A stretch of DNA of 64,000 bases from Muribaculaceae bacterium (GCA_017624155.1 JAGANS010000072.1:1962-65961), one strand, 5' to 3'. Shown: positions 21,719 through 32,584, numbered from the stretch's first letter. Translations and numbers: made by a program. Notes: a model not told the origin generated them from the sequence alone.

Positions 21719-21830
21719 GTGTTTTAGTGTTAGGGTTAGTTAGTATTCGGGGCTTTACGGCCCTGCACGACAAAGATACAATTAAAATTCGGATAATGTT
21801 TGCTCAAATGGCAAAAAAACATCTTTTCTC

Positions 21831-22958
21831 TCAGATATTCAGTTGATATATCCCACCCGGCAACGCTGTGACAATATCATCCATCTCCATCTCGGTCATG
21901 CGTGCGCTGAGCAGACGGTAAGGAATTGCCAGGCCCGAGGCTATGTCGTTGATGGTGGCCGTTGGATTCTTGCGCATATACTCCACGATCACTTCCATCT
22001 CCGGTGAAAGCTCAGGCTCAGTGTCGTGCGCGAAATCCAGTGTACCCTGACTGCCGGGCTGTGGCTTCGTCTGCCAGTTCATGGCATCTATAAGGTCATC
22101 GGCATCGCGGAGCATCACAGCCTTGTTGGCCTGTATGAGAGCATTTGCCCCGCGGCTGTATCGGTCGGTAACCCGGCCTGGTAAGGCGAACACATCCCGA
22201 TTGTATGCCGAGGCGATAGATGCTGTAACCATAGCGCCGCCGCGGGCATCGCTTTCCACAAGTACGAGCGCGTCAGCAAGACCGGCCACTATGCGGTTGC
22301 GGGCAAGAAAATTGCCACGGTGGACAGACGCGTCCGACACATATTCGGTGACTATCGCACCGCCGGAATCAATGATGCGGCGCGCCACGTCACGGTGATC
22401 GGCAGGATATAGTGTCCTCAGGCCATGGGCTACAACAGCCACGGTAGGTACATCGGCCTGAAGAGCCGCACGGTGAGCCGCCACATCTATTCCGTATGCA
22501 AGGCCGCTTACAACTACCAGGCCGTCAAGGCGCGAGGCGAGTCCGGCTATAAGATCGGCCGTAAAGCGAAGTCCGTATGCCGTAGCGCGGCGTGTACCGA
22601 CAACTGATACTACATGCTTTGCATTAAGGTCGCATTTGCCAAGCCTGTACAGCACCACAGGCGAATCATCGCATTCAAGCAATCGCCTCGGATATGACTC
22701 ATCCTCATAATACAGGGCATCGATACCGTTCTTGCCAATGAACGCCATCTCAGCCGCGCCCACGTCGATACAATGCGCACGGGCCGTATCGCTGCAATAT
22801 TCTTTCTGGCCTCCGATAAGCTGCCACAACCGCCTCGTCGGTAGATCGAAGAAGGCATCAACGCCGCCTGTCAGTCCGGCAAGCTGCCGCGCTCCGGCAA
22901 GATCGAGGCCTTTCACCTGCGAAAAAGCTATTTGCCGCAACAGGGTGTCCGCGTTCAT
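21831..22958 (-). CDS. dprA: DNA-processing protein DprA/Smf
   Basis: VVGTRRATAYG, VSGLAYGID.AAH, NFLARNRIVAGL and a C-terminal winged helix. Confidence 0.93.
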   Translation of the reverse strand: MNADTLLRQIAFSQVKGLDLAGARQLAGLTGGVDAFFDLPTRRLWQLIGGQKEYCSDTARAHCIDVGAAEMAFIGKNGIDALYYEDESYPRRLLECDDSPVVLYRLGKCDLNAKHVVSVVGTRRATAYGLRFTADLIAGLASRLDGLVVVSGLAYGIDVAAHRAALQADVPTVAVVAHGLRTLYPADHRDVARRIIDSGGAIVTEYVSDASVHRGNFLARNRIVAGLADALVLVESDARGGAMVTASIASAYNRDVFALPGRVTDRYSRGANALIQANKAVMLRDADDLIDAMNWQTKPQPGSQGTLDFAHDTEPELSPEMEVIVEYMRKNPTATINDIASGLAIPYRLLSARMTEMEMDDIVTALPGGIYQLNI

Positions 22959-23368
22959 TCGAGATAATCCTTAAAACGTTCAAAAAGCACCTCTCCGCGC
23001 GACAGCCGGCCGTTGACAAGGGTAGCCACCCATACCTTGGCCTTTACGACGACATCGCCTTCAGGCGTAAAGATATCCTGAATGAACACAAACAGCGGCC
23101 CTTTGCGCGACAGTGCCAGTTTGCTTATCATCGAGTCGCCGAGCCGCAGCGGAGTCTTGTATTCGATCTCGACCTTCGACAATACAGGGTCTATCCCCTG
23201 CGCATGCATGTCGCGGAATGTGAAGCCTGCCGATTCGCAAAATTCATGGCGTGTATGCTCAAGGTAGTGCAGATATATGGCATTGTTGACAATACCTTCC
23301 GAATCCACCTCGTAATCACGCACCTTTATTGGCAACTCAAATATATAATGAGTATCTGTTTTTTTCAT
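22955..23368 (-). CDS. Acyl-CoA thioesterase (YbgC/FadM hotdog family)
   Basis: VRDYEVDSEGIVNNAIYLHYLEHTR; ATG at 23368. Confidence 0.88.
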   Translation of the reverse strand: MKKTDTHYIFELPIKVRDYEVDSEGIVNNAIYLHYLEHTRHEFCESAGFTFRDMHAQGIDPVLSKVEIEYKTPLRLGDSMISKLALSRKGPLFVFIQDIFTPEGDVVVKAKVWVATLVNGRLSRGEVLFERFKDYLE

Positions 23369-23430
23369 TAAAAAAGTATTAGTTATGCAAAAGTACAATT
23401 ATTTTTCCTATTTTTGTAAAAAAATAAATT

Positions 23431-24513
23431 ATGGAATTTATACATACCCTTAAAGCAGTCCTATGTGCGGCTGCCATTATATTTGCCGCCTCAGACTCGC
23501 CTGCATGTACATCGGCAATCGTCAGTGCCCGTGCCTCAGCCTCGGGACGCCCGCTGCTGTGGAAACACCGCGACACAGGAGCCGACAACAACTTCCTGAT
23601 GCGTGTTGAGGCCGCCAAGGGCGAGATCGGATATGTAGGCCTCTTCAACGGCGGCGATTCACTGCTCACTGAAGCATGGATGGGCATGAACGACGCCGGA
23701 TTCGCCATAATGAACACAGCATCATACAATCTTGCTCCCGATACAGCCCATTTCAAAGATCAGGAAGGCATAGTTATGGCCCGCGCGCTCAGGACATGCA
23801 CCAGTGTGGCCGACTTCGGGCGACTGCTTGATTCGTTGCCCAAACCGCTTGGTGTTCAGGCCAACTTCGGCGTTATCGATGGTAATGGAGGCGCGGCATA
23901 TTTCGAGACAGACGATTACTCATACAGCCGCTTCGATGTGAATGACACGCCCGACGGCATTATCATACGCTCCAATTATTCATTCTCCGGCGATGAAGGC
24001 ACCGGCTACGGCTATATCCGCTACAATACGGCCGACAGCCTTATCCGGAAAGCTGCGAAACTTGGTCCGATTGCCCCCGAATTGTTTACCGAAGAACTGT
24101 CGCGCTCATATTATCACAGCCTGCTCGGTCGCGACATGTATATGGACGATTATGTCGTGGATCAGGATTTCATACCTCGCAATATCTCCACATCGTCGAT
24201 TGTTGTCGAGGGTGTGAATCCCGGTATGCCTGCCGCCGACATGCTCATGTGGGCGGCCCTCGGCTATCCGCCCTGCGCCGAGACAAAGACTGCCACACTC
24301 ACCGATATTCCAGAGGACTTCGGGCCTTCAGCAGCGGGCTGGAACAGCCCGGCATGCGACGAAGCGATGAAGCTGAGACGCTCGGCGATTCCATTCCGCG
24401 GCGGAAGCGGTCCTAAATATCTCGACTTGCGCGTCATACGGCCGATAAACGAACTGAAAAAGGCTCGCTCGCTGCAAAATTATGCCGACCGACGGTCAAA
24501 AATGAAAAAATAA
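23431..24513 (+). CDS. Secreted Ntn-hydrolase (C45/C69-like, N-terminal Cys nucleophile)
   Basis: Signal peptide, then A|CTSAIVS...G.PLLWKHRD, WMGMNDAGFAIMN, ANFGVID and RSN. Confidence 0.75.
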   Translation: MEFIHTLKAVLCAAAIIFAASDSPACTSAIVSARASASGRPLLWKHRDTGADNNFLMRVEAAKGEIGYVGLFNGGDSLLTEAWMGMNDAGFAIMNTASYNLAPDTAHFKDQEGIVMARALRTCTSVADFGRLLDSLPKPLGVQANFGVIDGNGGAAYFETDDYSYSRFDVNDTPDGIIIRSNYSFSGDEGTGYGYIRYNTADSLIRKAAKLGPIAPELFTEELSRSYYHSLLGRDMYMDDYVVDQDFIPRNISTSSIVVEGVNPGMPAADMLMWAALGYPPCAETKTATLTDIPEDFGPSAAGWNSPACDEAMKLRRSAIPFRGGSGPKYLDLRVIRPINELKKARSLQNYADRRSKMKK

Positions 24514-24524
24514 TCGATATACGG

Positions 24525-24552
24525 TGTAATTTTACGGCTGCGGTTGCGTCTA
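24525..24552 (+). promoter_or_regulatory. Putative ECF-sigma promoter TGTAAT-N16-CGTCTA
   Basis: -35 at 24525-30 and -10 at 24547-52, directly upstream of the ECF sigma ATG at 24562. Confidence 0.6.
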
Positions 24553-24561
24553 ACGTATGTC

Positions 24562-25059
24562 ATGAAGCAGAAAAAATCGACCGACCGACAGGAAATATTT
24601 CTTCAGCTTGCCGATAGTTATAAAGACGTTATCGCCAAGGTGTGCTCGGTATACGCATCCGATACAGCGCCTTTCGCCGACCTGTATCAGGAAGTGATGA
24701 TCAACCTGTGGACCGGCCTCGAAAGCTATCGCGGCGATGCGAAGGTATCGACGTGGATCTACCGTCTCGCCATCAACACATGCATCACATGGCATCGCCG
24801 CAACAAGCGGCATTCGTTCGGTGTTCCCATTGAATCAGCCTTTGACATCTCCGATTCTGCCGACGACAAATCGGGTCACATCAAGGAGCTTTACAAGCTC
24901 ATATCCAGACTCGAACCTTTTGACAAGGCTCTCGTAACTCTGTGGCTCGATGAAAAATCATACGAAGAAATCTCCTCTATCCTGGGTATCTCGAAGGCCA
25001 ATGTGGCGACACGCCTCCATCGCATGAAGGCACGGCTTTCAGAACTCGCTAACCAATGA
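24562..25059 (+). CDS. ECF sigma-70 factor
   Basis: Region 2 DLYQEVMINLW and STWIYRLAINT; region 4 SYEEISSILGIS..NVATRLHR. Confidence 0.92.
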   Translation: MKQKKSTDRQEIFLQLADSYKDVIAKVCSVYASDTAPFADLYQEVMINLWTGLESYRGDAKVSTWIYRLAINTCITWHRRNKRHSFGVPIESAFDISDSADDKSGHIKELYKLISRLEPFDKALVTLWLDEKSYEEISSILGISKANVATRLHRMKARLSELANQ

Positions 25060-25634
25060 ATCTACCGACTATGACCGATAACCTTGATGAACTGAAAAAA
25101 CAGTGGCAGGAACTATCGCAGCGCACCAAAAACCTTGAAGAGGCCAACCGCCGTCTGTCGGAACGCATGGCACGCAGTAAAGTGTGCTCCACTCAGGAAC
25201 GTCTTGCCGACACTATATGGCGATGGAGCTTAACAGGCTTTGTATTGCCTGTGCTTGCCCCCTTGCTCCACGAGGCCGCAGACCTGCCATGGTGGTATTG
25301 TGGGCTGTATGCCTTATTTGGCGTAATATTCGCTGCCATCTGGTGGAACTTCGCCAACTATATACGCGCCAAACGCCTCACTGACATGCCGGTTGCCGCA
25401 GCCATCGAACGCGCCCTGATAATAAAGCTGCGTCAGCAAAAGATCAGAACCGTAGCCTGGATATGCGGATTTATCATAATCGGTATCGGAGGCTTTCTTA
25501 TACCGGTCGAAGACCGTATGCCTGCGCTTATCGGCGGTGCCATCGGCCTTATCGTCGGGCTGGCTATATCTTTACCCCGAATAATCGCCAACGAACGCAT
25601 GGCACGCTCCATGGTCGACGACCTGATGAACTAA
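25056..25634 (+). CDS. Four-TM membrane protein coupled to the ECF sigma, a probable anti-sigma factor
   Basis: ATGA overlap; N-terminal LDELKKQWQ coiled coil followed by hydrophobic helices. Confidence 0.65.
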   Translation: MNLPTMTDNLDELKKQWQELSQRTKNLEEANRRLSERMARSKVCSTQERLADTIWRWSLTGFVLPVLAPLLHEAADLPWWYCGLYALFGVIFAAIWWNFANYIRAKRLTDMPVAAAIERALIIKLRQQKIRTVAWICGFIIIGIGGFLIPVEDRMPALIGGAIGLIVGLAISLPRIIANERMARSMVDDLMN

Positions 25635-27721
25635 CTAATCCGGCTCCAGTCGGCTGTCCGTCGTGTATTCTCGCGCATGGCGGTTGCAAAGACCCTGTTT
25701 TCGGGCTTTTGAAGCTCCGGGTCATTGTCGAGGAGTGCCTCGGCTGCCTGACGGGCCTGAGATATTATCTGCCCGTCAGTGGCAAGGTTGGCTATATGCA
25801 GCTCGAATGGCAATCCCGACTGCATCGTGCCCTCAATATCGCCAGGGCCGCGCATCTTCATATCGGCCTCTGCAATGACAAAGCCATCGGTGGTATGTGT
25901 CATCAGTTCGAGCCGTTCGCGGGTTTCCTTCGCGATCTTGTACTTGGACATCAGTATGCAATAGCTCTGATCGGCACCGCGCCCCACCCTGCCGCGCAAC
26001 TGATGCAACTGACTGAGACCGAAACGCTCGGCATTCTCAATTACCATCGTCGTGGCGTTAGGCACATTCACACCCACCTCTATCACTGTAGTCGCCACAA
26101 GTATCTGGGCTTTGCCCGAGGCAAACAGGTCCATCTGATAATCTTTCTCGACAGGCTTTAACCGACCGTGGACAAAGGCCACGCGATAATTGCTGAATAT
26201 CTCGCAAATCGAATCATAGCCCTCAGCAAGTGAGCGCAGCTCAAGTTTGTCGTTCTCATCGATAAGCGGGTAGACGATATATACCTGCCGTCCCTCGGCA
26301 AGTTGGCGTCCTATGCCCCGGTATACCTGCTCACGCTGATTGTCGTAGCGCAGAAGCGTACAGACAGGCTTGCGGCCGGGAGGCAACTGATCTATCACCG
26401 ACACATCAAGATCGCCATAGACAGTCATAGCCAATGTGCGCGGAATCGGAGTGGCCGTCATGACCAGCACGTGCGGCGGACGTGTATTCTTCTTCCACAG
26501 ACGTGCACGCTGTGCCACACCGAACCGATGCTGTTCGTCAATAACAGCCAGTCCGAGATTTTTGAACACGACCGGATCCTCAAGGACTGCATGAGTGCCG
26601 ACAAGGATATGCAGCGAACCGTCGGCAAGTTGTTCATGAATGACGGTTCTCTCCTTAGCGCGGGTCGAGCCTGTAAGCAAACGGATATTGACTCCGATCT
26701 GCGAAGCCAGCCCCCGGAGGGTTTCGTAGTGCTGCCCGGCCAATATCTCGGTAGGGGCCATAAGGCAGGCCTGATAGCCGTTGTCGATGGCCAGCAGCAT
26801 CGCCATAAGTGCCACGAGGGTCTTGCCCGAGCCTACATCGCCCTGCACAAGTCGATTCATCTGACGCCCGGTATTGGTATCAATCCTTATCTCCTTCACC
26901 ACACGCTTCTGCGCATCAGTGAGTTTGAAAGGCAGACACGTGGAATAGAACTCATTGAAAAAACGGCCTACTCTGGTGAATCTGAATCCTTCGGTCAGCG
27001 ACTTGCGGCGCCGCGACTGTATCAGCATGTCGGTCTGTATATAGAACAGTTCCTCAAATTTCATACGTTCGCGCGCTTTCTGCAATGTTGCAGGGGAGCT
27101 TGGCCGGTGCAATTCGCGGATAGCACGGTCGAGGGGCATCAGCCGGCAGGATTCCAGCACAGATGTCGGCAGTGGATCAGCAAGGGCGGCCTTAGAGTCG
27201 AGCAGCGCGCATATCCATGTATGCAGCTGTCGTGAGCCGATATTGCGGTTTCGCAAGGTTTCGGTCAGAGGATACACACCGCGCAGCCCCTGCTGCGCGA
27301 CAGCTTTGTCGAGCGTATCTATCTCGGGATGGGCCATCTGCCAGCGGCCGTTAAAACTTGTCGGCTTGCCGAAAAGGATGTATTCTGTCTCCGTATGCAG
27401 ACTCTCGCGCATATGCTTTATCGACTTGAACCATACTACTTCCATTCCGGCACTTCCATCAGTAAATAGAGTCACAAGCCGCGTCTTGGCGCCCTCGCCA
27501 AGAATATTGAAGCTTACAAATCGTCCCCTGACCTGCACGTATGGCATATCGCCGGTGAAGTCGCGAATGCTGTATATTGATGTGCGGTCGACATACGAGG
27601 TGGGGAAATGATGCAGCAGGTCGTAGGCCGTGCGGATACCGAGCTGCTTCGACAGCAGTTCGGCGCGCTGCGGGCCTATGCCCTTCACATATTTGATGTC
27701 AAGACGCCTTAATGACTGCAT
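25631..27721 (-). CDS. recG: ATP-dependent DNA helicase RecG
   Basis: QGDVGSGKT, DEQHRFG, MTATPIPRT, QLHQLRGRVGRG and TRG motif DGF.IAE.D...RGPG. Confidence 0.97.
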   Translation of the reverse strand: MQSLRRLDIKYVKGIGPQRAELLSKQLGIRTAYDLLHHFPTSYVDRTSIYSIRDFTGDMPYVQVRGRFVSFNILGEGAKTRLVTLFTDGSAGMEVVWFKSIKHMRESLHTETEYILFGKPTSFNGRWQMAHPEIDTLDKAVAQQGLRGVYPLTETLRNRNIGSRQLHTWICALLDSKAALADPLPTSVLESCRLMPLDRAIRELHRPSSPATLQKARERMKFEELFYIQTDMLIQSRRRKSLTEGFRFTRVGRFFNEFYSTCLPFKLTDAQKRVVKEIRIDTNTGRQMNRLVQGDVGSGKTLVALMAMLLAIDNGYQACLMAPTEILAGQHYETLRGLASQIGVNIRLLTGSTRAKERTVIHEQLADGSLHILVGTHAVLEDPVVFKNLGLAVIDEQHRFGVAQRARLWKKNTRPPHVLVMTATPIPRTLAMTVYGDLDVSVIDQLPPGRKPVCTLLRYDNQREQVYRGIGRQLAEGRQVYIVYPLIDENDKLELRSLAEGYDSICEIFSNYRVAFVHGRLKPVEKDYQMDLFASGKAQILVATTVIEVGVNVPNATTMVIENAERFGLSQLHQLRGRVGRGADQSYCILMSKYKIAKETRERLELMTHTTDGFVIAEADMKMRGPGDIEGTMQSGLPFELHIANLATDGQIISQARQAAEALLDNDPELQKPENRVFATAMRENTRRTADWSRIS

Positions 27722-28395
27722 CTGCCTTTTTCAAGTATATATTCAGCAAGCACGATGTCGACCGGATTCGTTATCTTGATGTTGCAGGGATCACCGGCGA
27801 CAAGTTCGATACGGCATGGTCCAAGAGCCTCGACTACCGACGCATCGTCGGTAAAAGTCATGTCGTGCGGAGCGTGACGGTAAGCCTCAAGCAAAATACC
27901 GGCCCTGAAGACCTGAGGCGTCTGCACACTGCGATAGGCCGAGCGGTCAACGGCCTCACTGCCGTCACCGTCGATGCGACGTATGGAATCGGTAAGTGGC
28001 AGCGACGGCAATGTGCCTATGCATGTCTTATCGGCAAATGGAGCCAGCAGAGCAGCGATCATATACTGCGAAGGAAATGGCCGCGCACCGTCGTGAACCA
28101 TAATAATATCGGTGTCAGTACCGACCCGCGCAAGAGCATTCCTTACCGACTCGAAGCGGCTCGCGCCACCATATACAACCTGTGGAGACTCAAAACCATG
28201 CCTGCGGCACAAATCCAGCCACAATTCATGGTCGTGTTCCGACAGTACCAGTGTCAGTGTCGCATCAGCAACCTGCCTCAGGGCTTCGATTGTATGCATC
28301 AGCACCGGTCGTCCGGCAAGGTCACAGAACTGCTTGGGCAGCGGCCCCCCGAATCGGGAACCGCTGCCGGCAGCGACTATTATTATATGTATCAT
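27709..28395 (-). CDS. ispD: 2-C-methyl-D-erythritol 4-phosphate cytidylyltransferase
   Basis: AAGSGSRFG..PKQF, VHDGARP, QTPQVF, TDDASV and NIKIT; ATG at 28395. Confidence 0.92.
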   Translation of the reverse strand: MIHIIIVAAGSGSRFGGPLPKQFCDLAGRPVLMHTIEALRQVADATLTLVLSEHDHELWLDLCRRHGFESPQVVYGGASRFESVRNALARVGTDTDIIMVHDGARPFPSQYMIAALLAPFADKTCIGTLPSLPLTDSIRRIDGDGSEAVDRSAYRSVQTPQVFRAGILLEAYRHAPHDMTFTDDASVVEALGPCRIELVAGDPCNIKITNPVDIVLAEYILEKGRCSH

Positions 28396-28402
28396 GCCTA
28401 AT

Positions 28403-29683
28403 TTACCAGGCAAACATCGGATAGTTGGACATAATATCGTTGACAGTACCGCGGACATCAGCTATAACCTTTTCGTCCTCGGGAGCAGAAAGTACCCGAT
28501 CGATAAGCTCGACGATAGCGACCATGAGGTCTTCCTTAGCGCCGCGTGTGGTGATGGCAGGTGTACCGAGGCGGATGCCCGAAGTCTGGAAAGGCGAACG
28601 CGAATCGAAGGGCACCATATTTTTGTTGGCTGTAATATCGGCTTCCACCAGTACCTTTTCAGCCACTTTGCCGGTGAGTTCCGGGAACTTGCCGCGCAGA
28701 TCGACAAGTATGCAGTGGTTGTCGGTGCCGCCCGACACCACATCGTATCCCTTGTCCATAAGGGCCTTGGCCATCACACGGGCGTTGGCGCGCACCTGTT
28801 CCTGATAGATCTTGAATTCGGGCTTCAGAGCTTCACCGAATGCCACGGCCTTGCCGGCGATAACATGCTCGAGCGGACCGCCCTGCACGCCGGGGAATAC
28901 AGCGCTGTCGAGCAGCGAACTCATCATACGGGTGACACCCTTGGGAGTCTTTTTGCCCCACGGATTCTCGAAGTCCTTGCCCATAAGGATAATACCGCCG
29001 CGCGGGCCTCGCAGAGTCTTGTGTGTTGTTGATGTCACGATATGAGCGTATGGCAGAGGGTTGTCGAGCAGACCTGCGGCAATGAGGCCGGCAGGATGAG
29101 CCATGTCGATCATAAGTATAGCACCAACCTCGTCGGCAATCTTACGCATGCGGGCATAATCCCATTCACGCGAATAAGCGCTGGCGCCGCCGACTATGAG
29201 CTTAGGTTTCACCTCACGGGCTGTAGCCTCCATCTGGTCGTAATCAATACGGCCTGTCTCACGGTCGACATTATATTCAACTGCATTGAACACAAGACCC
29301 GAGAAGTTGACTGGACTGCCGTGCGACAGGTGACCGCCATGAGCGAGATTAAGACCCATGAAAGTGTCGCCGGGCTTCATGCAGGCCATGAAGACTGCCA
29401 TATTGGCCTGAGCGCCCGAGTGGGGCTGCACGTTGGCATACTCGGCCCCAAAAAGAGCCTTCACACGGTCGCGGGCAAGGTCCTCGACCATATCGACTAC
29501 GCCGCAACCGCCATAGTAACGGTGGCCGGGATAGCCCTCGGCGTATTTGTTGGTGAGGCACGAGCCCATGGCTTTCATTACTTCATCACTGACGAAGTTC
29601 TCGGACGCGATGAGTTCGATACCCTTTTTCTGGCGCTGGTGTTCAAGTTCGATAAGCTTGAAGATTTCAGAGTCTTTTTCCAT
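28403..29683 (-). CDS. glyA: Serine hydroxymethyltransferase
   Basis: [34 protein letters not shown] and SGIRLGTPA. Confidence 0.98.
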   Translation of the reverse strand: MEKDSEIFKLIELEHQRQKKGIELIASENFVSDEVMKAMGSCLTNKYAEGYPGHRYYGGCGVVDMVEDLARDRVKALFGAEYANVQPHSGAQANMAVFMACMKPGDTFMGLNLAHGGHLSHGSPVNFSGLVFNAVEYNVDRETGRIDYDQMEATAREVKPKLIVGGASAYSREWDYARMRKIADEVGAILMIDMAHPAGLIAAGLLDNPLPYAHIVTSTTHKTLRGPRGGIILMGKDFENPWGKKTPKGVTRMMSSLLDSAVFPGVQGGPLEHVIAGKAVAFGEALKPEFKIYQEQVRANARVMAKALMDKGYDVVSGGTDNHCILVDLRGKFPELTGKVAEKVLVEADITANKNMVPFDSRSPFQTSGIRLGTPAITTRGAKEDLMVAIVELIDRVLSAPEDEKVIADVRGTVNDIMSNYPMFAW

Positions 29684-29710
29684 TGTAAATATGTGGTTTG
29701 ATAATGGTTG

Positions 29711-30274
29711 TCATTTCTTTTTCCGTACGGAGAAGCCGAAGTGGCCCAGATGCTCACCCGTGGCATAGTAATTGCCGTGGGAGAATATGAGTGGAACGGC
29801 TTTGGAGAGGTCAAATGCACCTGTCGCAGAATCAATATATGCGTCATCGGCAAGCACATTCAGGACATCGGCAATGAACATGTCATGCGATCCCAGACGC
29901 ACGATTTCCCTGACTCGACATTCGATACTAAGCGGCGACTCCGCTATCGCCGGACAAGCGACAGCAACCCCGGCAACAGGTGTAAGACCGGTTTCCTTCC
30001 ACTTGTCATAATCGCGTCCCGACCGCACGCCACACCAGTCGGTCGCGCGGGCCATGGCCGCTGTAGTGAGGTTTACCGTAAATTCCATGCGCTTCTTTAT
30101 CATGTCGTAGGAATAGCGTTCGGGCCGCACGGATATATACAGCATGGGAGGATTGGTACAAATGGTACCTGTCCATGCCACGGTGATGAGATTGGAATGA
30201 CCCGCGTCGCCACAGCTTACGATCACTGCGGGCAACGGATTGAGCATCGTACCGGGCTTCCAGCTCTGCTTCAT
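29711..30274 (-). CDS. Flavin reductase-like protein
   Basis: [32 protein letters not shown] and GSHDMF. Confidence 0.87.
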   Translation of the reverse strand: MKQSWKPGTMLNPLPAVIVSCGDAGHSNLITVAWTGTICTNPPMLYISVRPERYSYDMIKKRMEFTVNLTTAAMARATDWCGVRSGRDYDKWKETGLTPVAGVAVACPAIAESPLSIECRVREIVRLGSHDMFIADVLNVLADDAYIDSATGAFDLSKAVPLIFSHGNYYATGEHLGHFGFSVRKKK

Positions 30275-30726
30275 AAAATCTTTGCCTGATCGCCTGCCAC
30301 AGAATGGTTGCAATAGCGGCAACGGATCACCGTATTGGGCTCGCGCGACACGACATCAAACTTGGTGGCCATCGGCTCATTGTTTGTGATGCACTTGGGA
30401 TTGGCGCAGCGTACTATGCCGACGATAGTGTCGGGCAAAGCCACCGGGTGCTTTTCCACAACATGATAGTCACGGATGATGTTGATTACCGCTGTGGGGG
30501 CAATGAGCGCAATGCGGTTGATTGTTGCGTCGTCAAACTCCATGTCGGCCACCTTGATGATGCCCTTGTTGCCGAGCTTGGCGCTCGCCAGATTGCAGCC
30601 GATTGTCACTGCGTGGGGTGTGTTCTCAAGACCGAGAATCTTCACGGCCTTGAATACTGCCGATGACGGGATATGGTCGATAACTGTGCCGCGTTCGAGG
30701 GCGGCAACTGCCAGTTCGTTCTTCAT
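30271..30726 (-). CDS. pyrI: Aspartate carbamoyltransferase regulatory chain
   Basis: [16 protein letters not shown] and CRYC zinc ligands; ATG at 30726. Confidence 0.95.
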   Translation of the reverse strand: MKNELAVAALERGTVIDHIPSSAVFKAVKILGLENTPHAVTIGCNLASAKLGNKGIIKVADMEFDDATINRIALIAPTAVINIIRDYHVVEKHPVALPDTIVGIVRCANPKCITNNEPMATKFDVVSREPNTVIRCRYCNHSVAGDQAKIL

Positions 30727-30730
30727 GATC

Positions 30731-31648
30731 TTACCTGATATTAATGCCGAGTGCGCGTGTGATGATTGCCTGGCGTGCGAAGAGTCCGTTGTGTGCCTGC
30801 TCGAAATAATAAGCCTTGGGGTTGTCATCGACATCGGTATCGATCTCGTTGACACGTGGCAGCGGATGCAGTATGCGCAGATTGGGCTTTGAATTGTCGA
30901 GCATAGCGTTGTGCAGTGTATACAGATCCTTCACGCGCTCATATTCCATCGGATCGGTGAAGCGTTCGCGCTGCACACGGGTCATATATATGATGTCGGA
31001 TGTGTTGATAACCTCGGGCGAGAAGTCGGCAGTCTCGGTGTATTCAATACCCTCGGCATCACAGAAGTCCTTATATTCCTGAGGCATGGCAAGTTCTTTC
31101 GCGGCTACGAAATTGAACCGCGGCTTGAAATACTTCATCGCCATAAGCAGCGAGTGCACCGTGCGTCCATACTTAAGATCACCTACAAGGGTGATGGTAA
31201 GGTCGGTGAGGCGTCCTTGTGTCTTATATATCGAATACAGATCGAGCATCGTCTGCGATGGATGCTGGTTGGCGCCGTCGCCGGCGTTGATGATCGGAAT
31301 ATCGGTAACCTCGGTGGCGTAGCGAGCCGCGCCCTCCAGATGGTGACGCATTACAATAAGATCGGCATAGTTCGACACCATCTTGATGGTATCCTTGAGG
31401 GTCTCGCCCTTCACCGACGAGGATGTGCCCGGATCGGAAAAACCGATGATGCGGCCGCCGAGTCGGTTGACCGCGGTTTCAAAACTGAGTCGTGTGCGGG
31501 TGGATGGTTCAAAGAAAAGTGTTGCGACGATACGGCCGTCGAGGATTTTGCTGTTGGAATGCTCCTCGAAATAACGGGCCCTGTCGAGCAAGTCGAGAAT
31601 CTCGTCTTTAGAGATATCGGCGATTGAAACGAGGCTGTTGGAGTTCAT
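30731..31648 (-). CDS. pyrB: Aspartate carbamoyltransferase catalytic chain
   Basis: [31 protein letters not shown] and HPLPR; ATG at 31648. Confidence 0.97.
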   Translation of the reverse strand: MNSNSLVSIADISKDEILDLLDRARYFEEHSNSKILDGRIVATLFFEPSTRTRLSFETAVNRLGGRIIGFSDPGTSSSVKGETLKDTIKMVSNYADLIVMRHHLEGAARYATEVTDIPIINAGDGANQHPSQTMLDLYSIYKTQGRLTDLTITLVGDLKYGRTVHSLLMAMKYFKPRFNFVAAKELAMPQEYKDFCDAEGIEYTETADFSPEVINTSDIIYMTRVQRERFTDPMEYERVKDLYTLHNAMLDNSKPNLRILHPLPRVNEIDTDVDDNPKAYYFEQAHNGLFARQAIITRALGINIR

Positions 31649-31653
31649 ATTTC

Positions 31654-31694
31654 TGTGCAGCCGCCGTTCTATTCCGGACGGCTGCACAAAGGTA
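31654..31694 (-). promoter_or_regulatory. pyrB promoter -7 (TACCTTTG) overlapping a leader hairpin
   Basis: Minus strand reads TACCTT-TGTGCAGCCG-TCCGGAATAGAACGG-CGGCTGCACA-GAAAT-ATG, a 10-bp perfect stem. Confidence 0.65.
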
Positions 31695-31776
31695 TGAAAA
31701 ATGCCCCAAACGACAAAAGTCCCGCTTCAAAAATTCTTAAAAAAATTGAATGAGGACGGCTGACGTTGCAACGGTG

Positions 31777-32583
31777 TTATTTTGCAAGGCATGTAAAGTC
31801 GAAAGCATCGGCAGAATCGATGACGGGCAGACGGCGTCTGGCTTTCATCACATCTTCTTTCGACACGGTCGCAATAATCACCGGCATGTCCTGCAGTTGT
31901 CGGCCTACAGGATAGCCATTGGCATCGTATATCTGCGACAGTCCGTCATAATTGCCGTAGTCATCGGTACCTGAGCGGTCGGCAGCTACATATACGGCCT
32001 GATTCTCGATGGCACGGGCAATAATAAGATGTTCCCATGCATATCCGCGGGCATTCGGCCAGTTGGCCGCCACAAGCATAATGTCGTATCGGTGACCGAC
32101 ATTGCGGGTCCACACGGGGAAGCGAATGTCGTAGCACACGAGCAACGCCACATTCCACCCTCGAAATTCCACTACCGGCACGCAGGCATTGCCGGCCGTG
32201 TAGATCTCGCTTTCACTGCTCAGAGTAAACAGGTGGCGCTTGTCGTAATATGTCTCGCGGCCGTCAGGTTCGATAAAGAAAGCCCGGTTGTACACATGGC
32301 TCCGGTCATCGTCGCATGCCGAGAACGAGCCTGATATCGCACAGCCGTATTTCTGCGCGAGAGCCTTTACGGCAGCCACAGTCGGCCCGGAATTTGTCTC
32401 GGCGAGCTGCATCAGCAGCGTCTTGTCCTGCACGAACGCAGTCGTAAAGAGTTCCGGAAGAGCCACGATGTCAGCGCCAGTACCTATTTTCTCCATATAG
32501 CGCTCCACCGCCCTGACATTGGCATGCGGGGCGGCCCATGCGATATCAAGGGCGAGCAGAGCTACATTCAGTTTATCGGCCAT
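31777..32583 (-). CDS. Nitrilase-family omega-amidase (YafV-like)
   Basis: Glu-Lys-Cys triad in LPELF, YDKRHLF and VCYDIRFP; ARAIENQ. Confidence 0.88.
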   Translation of the reverse strand: MADKLNVALLALDIAWAAPHANVRAVERYMEKIGTGADIVALPELFTTAFVQDKTLLMQLAETNSGPTVAAVKALAQKYGCAISGSFSACDDDRSHVYNRAFFIEPDGRETYYDKRHLFTLSSESEIYTAGNACVPVVEFRGWNVALLVCYDIRFPVWTRNVGHRYDIMLVAANWPNARGYAWEHLIIARAIENQAVYVAADRSGTDDYGNYDGLSQIYDANGYPVGRQLQDMPVIIATVSKEDVMKARRRLPVIDSADAFDFTCLAK

Positions 32584-32584
32584 A

